Translations under genes and position numbers: made by a program | Notes under the pieces: generated by a model | Databases searched by the model: none | Seen by the model: the letters and a program-made list of their open reading frames with translations, nothing else | What the model was told of the DNA's origin: nothing | Assembly: GCA_964057225.1 (NCBI GenBank) | Contig: OZ059895.1 | Coordinates: 3,472,001 to 3,536,000 of the forward strand | Length of the DNA: 64,000 nt | Origin: Auanema rhodensis | Lineage: Eukaryota; Animalia; Nematoda | Reading direction: 5' to 3' | In this document: positions 25,401-39,473 of the stretch, in pieces | How positions within the stretch are numbered: the first letter of the stretch is position 1 | Layout of the letters: each line of letters opens with the position of its first letter

Positions 25401-28400
25401 AAAACATCCGTTCAAGCAACAGAACTTGGAAAGATCCATGTCTGATTAGTCGGTCAGTTCATTAATTAAGGGTAACCTGTGCTGCGTATAATTTATGGGT
25501 GTACAAAAATCAAAGTTCTTAATCAAAGTTTAAAAAACAAACTGAATAAAAGTTCGTAAATCTGAATTAAAATCTTTCCAACATAGTGTTCAACATATGA
25601 TATATTACTATCTTTACAAGATAGATACAAAAATATTGGAATGTGATCACATGTTCTGATGCTTTGAAGGGCATGTTTTACTAGCCTTCGTAGGAAAACA
25701 TCCGTTCAAGCAACAGAACTTGGAAAGATCCATGTCTGATTAGTCGGTCAGTTCATTAATTAAGGGTAACCTGTGCTGCGTATAATTTATGGGTGTACAA
25801 AAATCAAAGTTCTTAATCAAAGTTTAAAAAACAAACTGAATAAAAGTTCGAAAATCTGAATTAAAATCTTTCCAACATAGTGTTCAACATATGATATATT
25901 ACTATCTTTACAAGATAGATACAAAAATATTGGAATGTGATCACATGTTCTGATGCTTTGAAGGGCATGTTTTACTAGCCTACGTAGGAAAACATCCATT
26001 CAAGCAACAGAACTAGGAAAGATCCATGTCTGATTAGTCGGTCAGTTCATTATTTAAGGGTAACCTGTGCTGCGTATAATTTATGGGTGTACAAAAATCA
26101 AAGTTCTTAATCAAAGTTTAAAAAACAAACTGAATAAAAGTTAGAAAATCTGAATTAAAATCTTTCCAACATAGTGTTCAACATATGATATATTACTATC
26201 TTTACAAGATAGATACAAAAAAATTGGAATGTGATCACATGTTCTGATGCTTTGAAGGGCATGTTTTACTAGCCTACGTAGGAAAACATCCGTTCAAGCA
26301 ACAGAACTTGGAAAGATTCATGTCTGATTAGTCGGTCAGTTCATTAATTAAGGGTAACCTGTGCTGCGTATAATTTATGGGTGTACAAAAATCAAAGTTC
26401 TTAATCAAAGTTTAAAAAACAAACTGAATAAAAGTTCGTAAATCTGAATTAAAATCTTTCCAACATAGTGTTCAACATATGATATATTACTATCTTTACA
26501 AGATAGATACAAAAAAATTGGAATGTGATCACATGTTCTGATGCTTTGAAGGGCATGTTTTACTAGCCTACGTAGGAAAACATCCATTCAAGCAACAGAA
26601 CTAGGAAAGATCCATGTCTGATTAGTCGGTCAGTTCATTATTTAAGGGTAACCTGTGCTGCGTATAATTTATGGGTGTACAAAAATCAAAGTTTATTACT
26701 ATCTTTACAAGATAGATACAAAAAAATTGGAATTTGATCACATGTTCTGATGCTTTGAAGGGCATGTTTTACTAGCCTACGTAGGAAAACATCCATTCAA
26801 GCAACAGAACTAGGAAAGATCCATGTCTGATTAGTCGGTCAGTTCATTATTTAAGGGTAACCTGTGCTGCGTATAATTTATGGGTGTACAAAAATCAAAG
26901 TTCTTAATCAAAGTTTAAAAAACAAACTGAATAAAAGTTAGAAAATCTGAATTAAAATTTTTCCAACATAGTGTTCAACATATGATATATTACTATCTTT
27001 ACAAGATAGATACAAAAAAATTGGAATGTGATCACATGTTCTGATGCTTTGAAGGGCATGTTTTACTAGCCTACGTAGGAAAACATCCGTTCAAGCAACA
27101 GAACTTGGAAAGATCCATGTCTGATTAGTCGGTCAGTTCATTAATTAAGGGTAACCTGTGCTGCGTATAATTTATGGGTGTACAAAAATCAAAGTTCTTA
27201 ATCAAAGTTTAAAAAACAAACTGAATAAAAGTTCGTAAATCTGAATTAAAATCTTTCCAACATAGTGTTCAACATATGATATATTACTATCTGCACAAGA
27301 TAGATACAAAAAAATTGGAATGTGATCACATGTTCTGATGCTTTGAAGGGCATGTTTTACTAGCCTACGTAGGAAAACATCCATTCAAGCAACAGAACTA
27401 GGAAAGATCCATGTCTGATTAGTCGGTCAGTTCATTATTTAAGGGTAACCTGTGCTGCGTATAATTTATGGGTGTACAAAAATCAAAGTTTATTACTATC
27501 TTTACAAGATAGATTTCAAAAAAATTGGAATGTGATCACATGTTCTGATGCTTTGAAGGGCATGTTTTACTAGCCTACGTAGGAAAACATCCATTCAAGC
27601 AACAGAACTAGGAAAGATCCATGTCTGATTAGTCGGTCAGTTCATTATTTAAGGGTAACCTGTGCTGCGTATAAGTTATGGGTGTACAAAAATCAAAGTT
27701 CTTAATCAAAGTTTAAAAAACAAACTGAATAAAAGTTAGAAAATCTGAATTAAAATCTTTCCAACATAGTGTTCAACATATGATATATTACTATCTTTAC
27801 AAGATAGATACAAAAAAATTGGAATGTGATCACATGTTCTGATGCTTTGAAGGGCATGTTTTACTAGCCTTCGTAGGAAAACATCCGTTCAAGCAACAGA
27901 ACTTGGAAAGATCCATGTCTGATTAGTCGGTCAGTTCATTAATTAAGGGTAACCTGTGCTGCGTATAATTTATGGGTGTACAAAAATCAAAGTTCTTAAT
28001 CAAAGTTTAAAAAACAAACTGAATAAAAGTTCGAGAATCTGAATTAAAATCTTTCCAACATAGTGTTCAACATATGATATATTACTATCTTTACAAGAAA
28101 GATACAAAAAAATTGGAATGTGATCACATGTTCTGATGCTTTGAAGGGCATGTTTTACTAGCCTACGTAGGAAACATCCATTCAAGCAACAGAACTAGGA
28201 AAGATCGATGTCTGATTAGTCGGTCAGTTCATTATTTAAGGGTAACCTGTGCTGCGTATAATTTATGGGTGTACAAAAATCAAAGTTTATTACTATCTTT
28301 ACAAGATAGATTTCAAAAAAATTGGAATGTGATCACATGTTCTGATGCTTTGAAGGGCATGTTTTACTAGCCTACGTAGGAAAACATCCATTCAAGCAAC

Positions 28401-31400
28401 AGAACTAGGAAAGATCCATGTCTGATTAGTCGGTCAGTTCATTATTTAAGGGTAACCTGTGCTGCGTATAATTTATGGGTGTACAAAAATCAAAGTTCTT
28501 AATCAAAGTTTAAAAAACAAACTGAATAAAAGTTAGAAAATCTGAATTAAAATCTTTCCAACATAGTGTTCAACATATGATATATTACTATCTTTACAAG
28601 ATAGATACAAAAATATTGGAATGTGATCACATGTTCTGATGCTTTGAAGGGCATGTTTTACTAGCCTACGTAGGAAAACATCCGTTCAAGCAACAGAACT
28701 TGGAAAGATCCATGTCTGATTAGTCGGTCAGTTCATTATTTAAGGGTTACCTGTGCTGCGTATAATTTATGGGTGTACAAAAATCAAAGTTCTTAATCAA
28801 AGTTTAAAAAACAAACTGAATAAAAATTAAAAAATCTGAATGAAAATCTTTCCAACATAGTGTTCAACATATGATATATTACTATCTTTACAAGATAGAT
28901 ACAAAAAAATTGGAATTTGATCACATGTTCTGATGCTTTGAAGGGCATGTTTTACTAGCCTACGTAGGAAAACATCCATTCAAGCAACAGAACTAGGAAA
29001 GATCCATGTCTGATTAGTCGGTCAGTTCATTATTTAAGGGTAACCTGTGCTGCGTATAATTTATGGGTGTACAAAAATCAAAGTTTATTACTATCTTTAC
29101 AAGATAGATACAAAAAAATTGGAATGTGATCACATGTTCTGATGCTTTGAAGGGCATGTTTTACTAGCCTACGTAGGAAAACATCCATTCAAGCAACAGA
29201 ACTAGGAAAGATCCATGTCTGATTAGTCGGTCAGTTCATTATTTAAGGGTAACCTGTGCTGCGTATAATTTATGGGTGTACAAAAATCAAAGTTTATTAC
29301 TATCTTTACAAGATAGATTTCAAAAAAATTGGAATGTGATCACATGTTCTGATGCTTTGAAGGGCATGTTTTACTAGCCTACGTAGGAAAACATCCATTC
29401 AAGCAACAGAACTAGGAAAGATCCATGTCTGATTAGTCGGTCAGTTCATTATTTAAGGGTAACCTGTGCTGCGTATAATTTATGGGTGTACAAAAATCAA
29501 AGTTCTTAATCAAAGTTTAAAAAACAAACTGAATAAAAGTTCGAAAATCTGAATTAAAATCTTTCCAACATAGTGTTCAACATATGATATATTACTATCT
29601 TTACAAGAAAGATACAAAAAAATTGGAATGTGATCACATGTTCTGATGCTTTGAAGGGCATGTTTTACTAGCCTTCGTAGGAAAACATCCGTTCAAGCAA
29701 CAGAACTTGGAAAGATCCATGTCTGATTAGTCGGTCAGTTCATTAATTAAGGGTAACCTGTGCTGCGTATAATTTATGGGTGTACAAAAATCAAAGTTCT
29801 TAATCAAAGTTTAAAAAACAAACTGAATAAAAGTTCGAAAATCTGAATTAAAATCTTTCCAACATAGTGTTCAACATATGATATATTACTATCTTTACAA
29901 GATAGATACAAAAAAATTGGAATTTGATCACATGTTCTGATGCTTTGAAGGGCATGTTTTACTAGCCTACGTAGGAAAACATCCATTCAAGCAACAGAAC
30001 TAGGAAAGATCCATGTCTGATTAGTCGGTCAGTTCATTATTTAAGGGTAACCTGTGCTGCGTATAATTTATGGGTGTACAAAAATCAAAGTTTATTACTA
30101 TCTTTACAAGATAGATTTCAAAAAAATTGGAATGTGATCACATGTTCTGATGCTTTGAAGGGCATGTTTTACTAGCCTACGTAGGAAAACATCCATTCAA
30201 GCAACAGAACTAGGAAAGATCCATGTCTGATTAGTCGGTCAGTTCATTATTTAAGGGTAACCTGTGCTGCGTATAATTTATGGGTGTACAAAAATCAAAG
30301 TTCTTAATCAAAGTTTAAAAAACAAACTGAATAAAAGTTCGAAAATCTGAATTAAAATCTTTCCAACATAGTGTTCAACATATGATATATTACTATCTTT
30401 ACAAGATAGATACAAAAATATTGGAATGTGATCACATGTTCTGATGCTTTGAAGGGCATGTTTTACTAGCCTTCGTAGGAAAACATCCGTTCAAGCAACA
30501 GAACTTGGAAAGATCCATGTCTGATTAGTCGGTCAGTTCATTAATTAAGGGTAACCTGTGCTGCGTATAATTTATGGGTGTACAAAAATCAAAGTTCTTA
30601 ATCAAAGTTTAAAAAACAAACTGAATAAAAGTTCGAAAATCTGAATTAAAATCTTTCCAACATAGTGTTCAACATATGATATATTACTATCTTTACAAGA
30701 TAGATACAAAAAAATTGGAATTTGATCACATGTTCTGATGCTTTGAAGGGCATGTTTTACTAGCCTACGTAGGAAAACATCCATTCAAGCAACAGAACTA
30801 GGAAAGATCCATGTCTGATTAGTCGGTCAGTTCATTATTTAAGGGTAACCTGTGCTGCGTATAATTTATGGGTGTACAAAAATCAAAGTTCTTAATCAAA
30901 GTTTAAAAAACAAACTGAATAAAAGTTCGTAAATCTGAATTAAAATCTTTCCAACATAGTGTTCAACATATGATATATTACTATCTTTACAAGATAGATA
31001 CAAAAAAATTGGAATGTGATCACATGTTCTGATGCTTTGAAGGGCATGTTTTACTAGCCTACGTAGGAAAACATCCATTCAAGCAACAGAACTAGGAAAG
31101 ATCCATGTCTGATTAGTCGGTCAGTTCATTATTTAAGGGTAACCTGTGCTGCGTATAATTTATGGGTGTACAAAAATCAAAGTTTATTACTATCTTTACA
31201 AGATAGATTTCAAAAAATTGGAATGTGATCACATGTTCTGATGCTTTGAAGGGCATGTTTTACTAGCCTACGTAGGAAAACATCCATTCAAGCAACAGAA
31301 CTAGGAAAGATCCATGTCTGATTAGTCGGTCAGTTCATTATTTAAGGGTAACCTGATTTATGGGTGTACAAAAATCAAAGTTTATTACTATCTTTACAAG

Positions 31401-34400
31401 ATAGATTTCAAAAAATTGGAATGTGATCACATGTTCTGATGCTTTGAAGGGCATGTTTTACTAGCCTACGTAGGAAAACATCCATTCAAGCAACAGAACT
31501 AGGAAAGATCCATGTCTGATTAGTCGGTCAGTTCATTATTTAAGGGTAACCTGTGCTGCGTATAATTTATGGGTGTACAAAAATCAAAGTTTATTACTAT
31601 CTTTACAAGATAGATTTCAAAAAATTGGAATGTGATCACATGTTCTGATGCTTTGAAGGGCATGTTTTACTAGCCTACGTAGGAAAACATCCATTCAAGC
31701 AACAGAACTAGGAAAGATCCATGTCTGATTAGTCGGTCAGTTCATTATTTAAGGGTAACCTGTGCTGCGTATAAGTTATGGGTGTACAAAAATCAAAGTT
31801 CTTAATCAAAGTTTAAAAAACAAACTGAATAAAAGTTAGAAAATCTGAATTAAAATCTTTCCAACATAGTGTTCAACATATGATATATTACTATCTTTAC
31901 AAGATAGATACAAAAAAATTGGAATGTGATCACATGTTCTGATGCTTTGAAGGGCATGTTTTACTAGCCTACGTAGGAAAACATCCGTTCAAGCAACAGA
32001 ACTTGGAAAGATCCATGTCTGATTAGTCGGTCAGTTCATTAATTAAGGGTAACCTGTGCTGCGTATAATTTATGGGTGTACAAAAATCAAAGTTCTTAAT
32101 CAAAGTTTAAAAAACAAACTGAATAAAAGTTAGAAAATCTGAATTAAAATCTTTCCAACATAGTGTTCAACATATGATATATTACTATCTTTACAAGATA
32201 GATACAAAAAAATTGGAATGTGATCACATGTTCTGATGCTTTGAAGGGCATGTTTTACTAGCCTACGTAGGAAACATCCATTCAAGCAACAGAACTAGGA
32301 AAGATCGATGTCTGATTAGTCGGTCAGTTCATTATTTAAGGGTAACCTGTGCTGCGTATAATTTATGGGTGTACAAAAATCAAAGTTTATTACTATCTTT
32401 ACAAGATAGATTTCAAAAAAATTGGAATGTGATCACATGTTCTGATGCTTTGAAGGGCATGTTTTACTAGCCTACGTAGGAAAACATCCATTCAAGCAAC
32501 AGAACTAGGAAAGATCCATGTCTGATTAGTCGGTCAGTTCATTATTTAAGGGTAACCTGTGCTGCGTATAATTTATGGGTGTACAAAAATCAAAGTTCTT
32601 AATCAAAGTTTAAAAAACAAACTGAATAAAAGTTAGAAAATCTGAATTAAAATCTTTCCAACATAGTGTTCAACATATGATATATTACTATCTTTACAAG
32701 ATAGATACAAAAATATTGGAATGTGATCACATGTTCTGATGCTTTGAAGGGCATGTTTTACTAGCCTACGTAGGAAAACATCCGTTCAAGCAACAGAACT
32801 TGGAAAGATCCATGTCTGATTAGTCGGTCAGTTCATTATTTAAGGGTTACCTGTGCTGCGTATAATTTATGGGTGTACAAAAATCAAAGTTCTTAATCAA
32901 AGTTTAAAAAACAAACTGAATAAAAATTAAAAAATCTGAATGAAAATCTTTCCAACATAGTGTTCAACATATGATATATTACTATCTTTACAAGATAGAT
33001 ACAAAAAAATTGGAATTTGATCACATGTTCTGATGCTTTGAAGGGCATGTTTTACTAGCCTACGTAGGAAAACATCCATTCAAGCAACAGAACTAGGAAA
33101 GATCCATGTCTGATTAGTCGGTCAGTTCATTATTTAAGGGTAACCTGTGCTGCGTATAATTTATGGGTGTACAAAAATCAAAGTTTATTACTATCTTTAC
33201 AAGATAGATACAAAAAAATTGGAATGTGATCACATGTTCTGATGCTTTGAAGGGCATGTTTTACTAGCCTACGTAGGAAAACATCCATTCAAGCAACAGA
33301 ACTAGGAAAGATCCATGTCTGATTAGTCGGTCAGTTCATTATTTAAGGGTAACCTGTGCTGCGTATAAGTTATGGGTGTACAAAAATCAAAGTTCTTAAT
33401 CAAAGTTTAAAAAACAAACTGAATAAAAGTTAGAAAATCTGAATTAAAATCTTTCCAACATAGTGTTCAACATATGATATATTACTATCTTTACAAGATA
33501 GATACAAAAAAATTGGAATGTGATCACATGTTCTGATGCTTTGAAGGGCATGTTTTACTAGCCTTCGTAGGAAAACATCCGTTCAAGCAACAGAACTAGG
33601 AAAGATCCATGTCTGATTAGTCGGTCAGTTCATTATTTAAGGGTAACCTGTGCTGCGTATTATTTATGGGTGTACAAAAATCAAAGTTCTTAATCAAAGT
33701 TTAAAAAACAAACTGAATAAAAGTTCGAGAATCTGAATTAAAATCTTTCCAACATAGTGTTCAACATATGATATATTACTATCTTTACAAGAAAGATACA
33801 AAAAAATTGGAATGTGATCACATGTTCTGATGCTTTGAAGGGCATGTTTTACTAGCCTACGTAGGAAACATCCATTCAAGCAACAGAACTAGGAAAGATC
33901 GATGTCTGATTAGTCGGTCAGTTCATTATTTAAGGGTAACCTGTGCTGCGTATAATTTATGGGTGTACAAAAATCAAAGTTTATTACTATCTTTACAAGA
34001 TAGATTTCAAAAAAATTGGAATGTGATCACATGTTCTGATGCTTTGAAGGGCATGTTTTACTAGCCTACGTAGGAAAACATCCATTCAAGCAACAGAACT
34101 AGGAAAGATCCATGTCTGATTAGTCGGTCAGTTCATTATTTAAGGGTAACCTGTGCTGCGTATAATTTATGGGTGTACAAAAATCAAAGTTCTTAATCAA
34201 AGTTTAAAAAACAAACTGAATAAAAGTTAGAAAATCTGAATTAAAATCTTTCCAACATAGTGTTCAACATATGATATATTACTATCTTTACAAGATAGAT
34301 ACAAAAATATTGGAATGTGATCACATGTTCTGATGCTTTGAAGGGCATGTTTTACTAGCCTACGTAGGAAAACATCCGTTCAAGCAACAGAACTTGGAAA

Positions 34401-36281
34401 GATCCATGTCTGATTAGTCGGTCAGTTCATTATTTAAGGGTTACCTGTGCTGCGTATAATTTATGGGTGTACAAAAATCAAAGTTCTTAATCAAAGTTTA
34501 AAAAACAAACTGAATAAAAATTAAAAAATCTGAATGAAAATCTTTCCAACATAGTGTTCAACTTATGATATATTACTATCCTTACAAGATAGATACAAAA
34601 AAATTGGAATTTGATCACATGTTCTGATGCTTTGAAGGGCATGTTTTACTAGCCTACGTAGGAAAACATCCATTCAAGCAACAGAACTAGGAAAGATCCA
34701 TGTCTGATTAATCGGTCAGTTCATTATTTAAGGGTAACCTGTGCTGCGTATAATTTATGGGTGTACAAAAATCAAAGTTTATTACTATCTTTACAAGATA
34801 GATACAAAAAAATTGGAATGTGATCACATGTTCTGATGCTTTGAAGGGCATGTTTTACTAGCCTACGTAGGAAAACATCCATTCAAGCAACAGAACTAGG
34901 AAAGATCCATGTCTGATTAGTCGGTCAGTTCATTATTTAAGGGTAACCTGTGCTGCGTATAATTTATGGGTGTACAAAAATCAAAGTTCTTAATCAAAGT
35001 TTAAAAAACAAACTGAATAAAAGTTAGAAAATCTGAATTAAAATCTTTCCAACATAGTGTTCAACATATGATATATTACTATCTTTACAAGATAGATACA
35101 AAAAAATTGGAATGTGATCACATGTTCTGATGCTTTGAAGGGCATGTTTTACTAGCCTACGTAGGAAAACATCCATTCAAGCAACAGAACTAGGAAAGAT
35201 CCATGTCTGATTAGTCGGTCAGTTCATTATTTAAGGGTAACCTGTGCTGCGTATAATTTATGGGTGTACAAAAATCAAAGTTTATTACTATCTTTACAAG
35301 ATAGATTTCAAAAAAATTGGAATGTGATCACATGTTCTGATGCTTTGAAGGGCATGTTTTACTAGCCTACGTAGGAAAACATCCATTCAAGCAACAGAAC
35401 TAGGAAAGATCCATGTCTGATTAGTCGGTCAGTTCATTATTTAAGGGTAACCTGTGCTGCGTATAATTTATGGGTGTACAAAAATCAAAGTTCTTAATCA
35501 AAGTTTAAAAAACAAACTGAATAAAAGTTAGAAAATCTGAATTAAAATCTTTCCAACATAGTGTTCAACATATGATATATTACTATCTTTACAAGATAGA
35601 TACAAAAATATTGGAATGTGATCACATGTTCTGATGCTTTGAAGGGCATGTTTTACTAGCCTTCGTAGGAAAACATCCGTTCAAGCAACAGAACTTGGAA
35701 AGATCCATGTCTGATTAGTCGGTCAGTTCATTAATTAAGGGTAACCTGTGCTGCGTATAATTTATGGGTGTACAAAAATCAAAGTTTATTACTATCTTTA
35801 CAAGATAGATACAAAAAAATTGGAATGTGATCACATGTTCTGATGCTTTGAAGGGCATGTTTTACTAGCCTACGTAGGAAAACATCCATTCAAGCAACAG
35901 AACTAGGAAAGATCCATGTCTGATTAGTCGGTCAGTTCATTATTTAAGGGTAACCTGTGCTGCGTATAATTTATGGGTGTACAAAAATCAAAGTTCTTAA
36001 TCAAAGTTTAAAAAACAAACTGAATAAAAGTTAGAAAATCTGAATTAAAATCTTTCCAACATAGTGTTCAACATATGATATATTACTATCTTTACAAGAT
36101 AGATACAAAAAAATTGGAATGTGATCACATGTTCAGATGCTTTGAAGGGCATGTTTTACTAGCCTACGTAGGAAAACACCCGTTCAAGCAACAGAACTTG
36201 GAAAGATCCATGTCTGATTAGTCGGTCAGTTCATTAATTAAGGGTAACCTGTGCTGCGTATAATTTATGGGTGTACAAAAA

Positions 36282-39200
36282 TCAAAGTTCTTAATCAAAG
36301 TTTAAAAAACAAACTGAATAAAAGTTCGTAAATCTGAATTAAAATCTTCCCAACATAGTGTTCAACATATGATATATTACTATCTTTACAAGATAGATAC
36401 AAAAATATTGGAATGTGATCACATGTTCTGATGCTTTGAAGGGCATGTTTTACTAGCCTTCGTAGGAAAACATCCGTTCAAGCAACAGAACTTGGAAAGA
36501 TCCATGTCTGATTAGTCGGTCAGTTCATTAATTAAGGGTAACCTGTGCTGCGTATAATTTATGGGTGTACAAAAATCAAAGTTCTTAATCAAAGTTTAAA
36601 AAACAAACTGAATAAAAGTTCGAAAATCTGAATTAAAATCTTTCCAACATAGTGTTCAACATATGATATATTACTATCTTTACAAGAAAGATACAAAAAA
36701 ATTGGAATGTGATCACATGTTCTGATGCTTTGAAGGGCATGTTTTACTAGCCTACGTAGGAAAACATCCATTCAAGCAACAGAACTAGGAAAGATCGATG
36801 TCTGATTAGTCGGTCAGTTCATTATTTAAGGGTAACCTGTGCTGCGTATAATTTATGGGTGTACAAAAATCAAAGTTTATTACTATCTTTACAAGATAGA
36901 TTTCAAAAAAATTGGAATGTGATCACATGTTCTGATGCTTTGAAGGGCATGTTTTACTAGCCTACGTAGGAAAACATCCATTCAAGCAACAGAACTAGGA
37001 AAGATCCATGTCTGATTAGTCGGTCAGTTCATTATTTAAGGGTAACCTGTGCTGCGTATAATTTATGGGTGTACAAAAATCAAAGTTCTTAATCAAAGTT
37101 TAAAAAACAAACTGAATAAAAGTTCGAAAATCTGAATTAAAATCTTTCCAACATAGTGTTCAACATATGATATATTACTATCTTTACAAGATAGATACAA
37201 AAATATTGGAATGTGATCACATGTTCTGATGCTTTGAAGGGCATGTTTTACTAGCCTTCGTAGGAAAACATCCGTTCAAGCAACAGAACTTGGAAAGATC
37301 CATGTCTGATTAGTCGGTCAGTTCATTAATTAAGGGTAACCTGTGCTGCGTATAATTTATGGGTGTACAAAAATCAAAGTTCTTAATCAAAGTTTAAAAA
37401 ACAAACTGAATAAAAGTTCGAAAATCTGAATTAAAATCTTTCCAACATAGTGTTCAACATATGATATATTACTATCTTTACAAGAAAGATACAAAAAAAT
37501 TGGAATGTGATCACATGTTCTGATGCTTTGAAGGGCATGTTTTACTAGCCTACGTAGGAAAACATCCATTCAAGCAACAGAACTAGGAAAGATCGATGTC
37601 TGATTAGTCGGTCAGTTCATTATTTAAGGGTAACCTGTGCTGCGTATAATTTATGGGTGTACAAAAATCAAAGTTTATTACTATCTTTACAAGATAGATT
37701 TCAAAAAAATTGGAATGTGATCACATGTTCTGATGCTTTGAAGGGCATGTTTTACTAGCCTACGTAGGAAAACATCCATTCAAGCAACAGAACTAGGAAA
37801 GATCCATGTCTGATTAGTCGGTCAGTTCATTATTTAAGGGTAACCTGTGCTGCGTATAATTTATGGGTGTACAAAAATCAAAGTTCTTAATCAAAGTTTA
37901 AAAAACAAACTGAATAAAAGTTCGTAAATCTGAATTAAAATCTTCCCAACATAGTGTTCAACATATGATATATTACTATCTTTACAAGATAGATACAAAA
38001 ATATTGGAATGTGATCACATGTTCTGATGCTTTGAAGGGCATGTTTTACTAGCCTTCGTAGGAAAACATCCGTTCAAGCAACAGAACTTGGAAAGATCCA
38101 TGTCTGATTAGTCGGTCAGTTCATTAATTAAGGGTAACCTGTGCTGCGTATAATTTATGGGTGTACAAAAATCAAAGTTCTTAATCAAAGTTTAAAAAAC
38201 AAACTGAATAAAAGTTCGAAAATCTGAATTAAAATCTTTCCAACATAGTGTTCAACATATGATATATTACTATCTTTACAAGAAAGATACAAAAAAATTG
38301 GAATGTGATCACATGTTCTGATGCTTTGAAGGGCATGTTTTACTAGCCTACGTAGGAAAACATCCATTCAAGCAACAGAACTAGGAAAGATCGATGTCTG
38401 ATTAGTCGGTCAGTTCATTATTTAAGGGTAACCTGTGCTGCGTATAATTTATGGGTGTACAAAAATCAAAGTTTATTACTATCTTTACAAGATAGATTTC
38501 AAAAAAATTGGAATGTGATCACATGTTCTGATGCTTTGAAGGGCATGTTTTACTAGCCTACGTAGGAAAACATCCATTCAAGCAACAGAACTAGGAAAGA
38601 TCCATGTCTGATTAGTCGGTCAGTTCATTATTTAAGGGTAACCTGTGCTGCGTATAATTTATGGGTGTACAAAAATCAAAGTTCTTAATCAAAGTTTAAA
38701 AAACAAACTGAATAAAAGTTCGAAAATCTGAATTAAAATCTTTCCAACATAGTGTTCAACATATGATATATTACTATCTTTACAAGATAGATACAAAAAT
38801 ATTGGAATGTGATCACATGTTCTGATGCTTTGAAGGGCATGTTTTACTAGCCTTCGTAGGAAAACATCCGTTCAAGCAACAGAACTTGGAAAGATCCATG
38901 TCTGATTAGTCGGTCAGTTCATTAATTAAGGGTAACCTGTGCTGCGTATAATTTATGGGTGTACAAAAATCAAAGTTCTTAATCAAAGTTTAAAAAACAA
39001 ACTGAATAAAAGTTCGAAAATCTGAATTAAAATCTTTCCAACATAGTGTTCAACATATGATATATTACTATCTTTACAAGAAAGATACAAAAAAATTGGA
39101 ATGTGATCACATGTTCTGATGCTTTGAAGGGCATGTTTTACTAGCCTACGTAGGAAAACATCCATTCAAGCAACAGAACTAGGAAAGATCGATGTCTGAT

Positions 39201-39473
39201 TAGTCGGTCAGTTCATTATTTAAGGGTAACCTGTGCTGCGTATAATTTATGGGTGTACAAAAATCAAAGTTTATTACTATCTTTACAAGATAGATTTCAA
39301 AAAAATTGGAATGTGATCACATGTTCTGATGCTTTGAAGGGCATGTTTTACTAGCCTACGTAGGAAAACATCCATTCAAGCAACAGAACTAGGAAAGATC
39401 CATGTCTGATTAGTCGGTCAGTTCATTATTTAAGGGTAACCTGTGCTGCGTATAATTTATGGGTGTACAAAAA
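36282..39473. repeat. Higher-order repeat: 798-bp trimer (294+294+210) x4, nested as a 1596-bp dimer x2
   Basis: ORF starts 36589, 37387, 38185, 38983 and 39781 are 798 bp apart. The first monomer alternates between TTCGTA/CTTCCC (36282, 37878) and TTCGAA/CTTTCC (37080, 38676). Confidence 0.92.
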
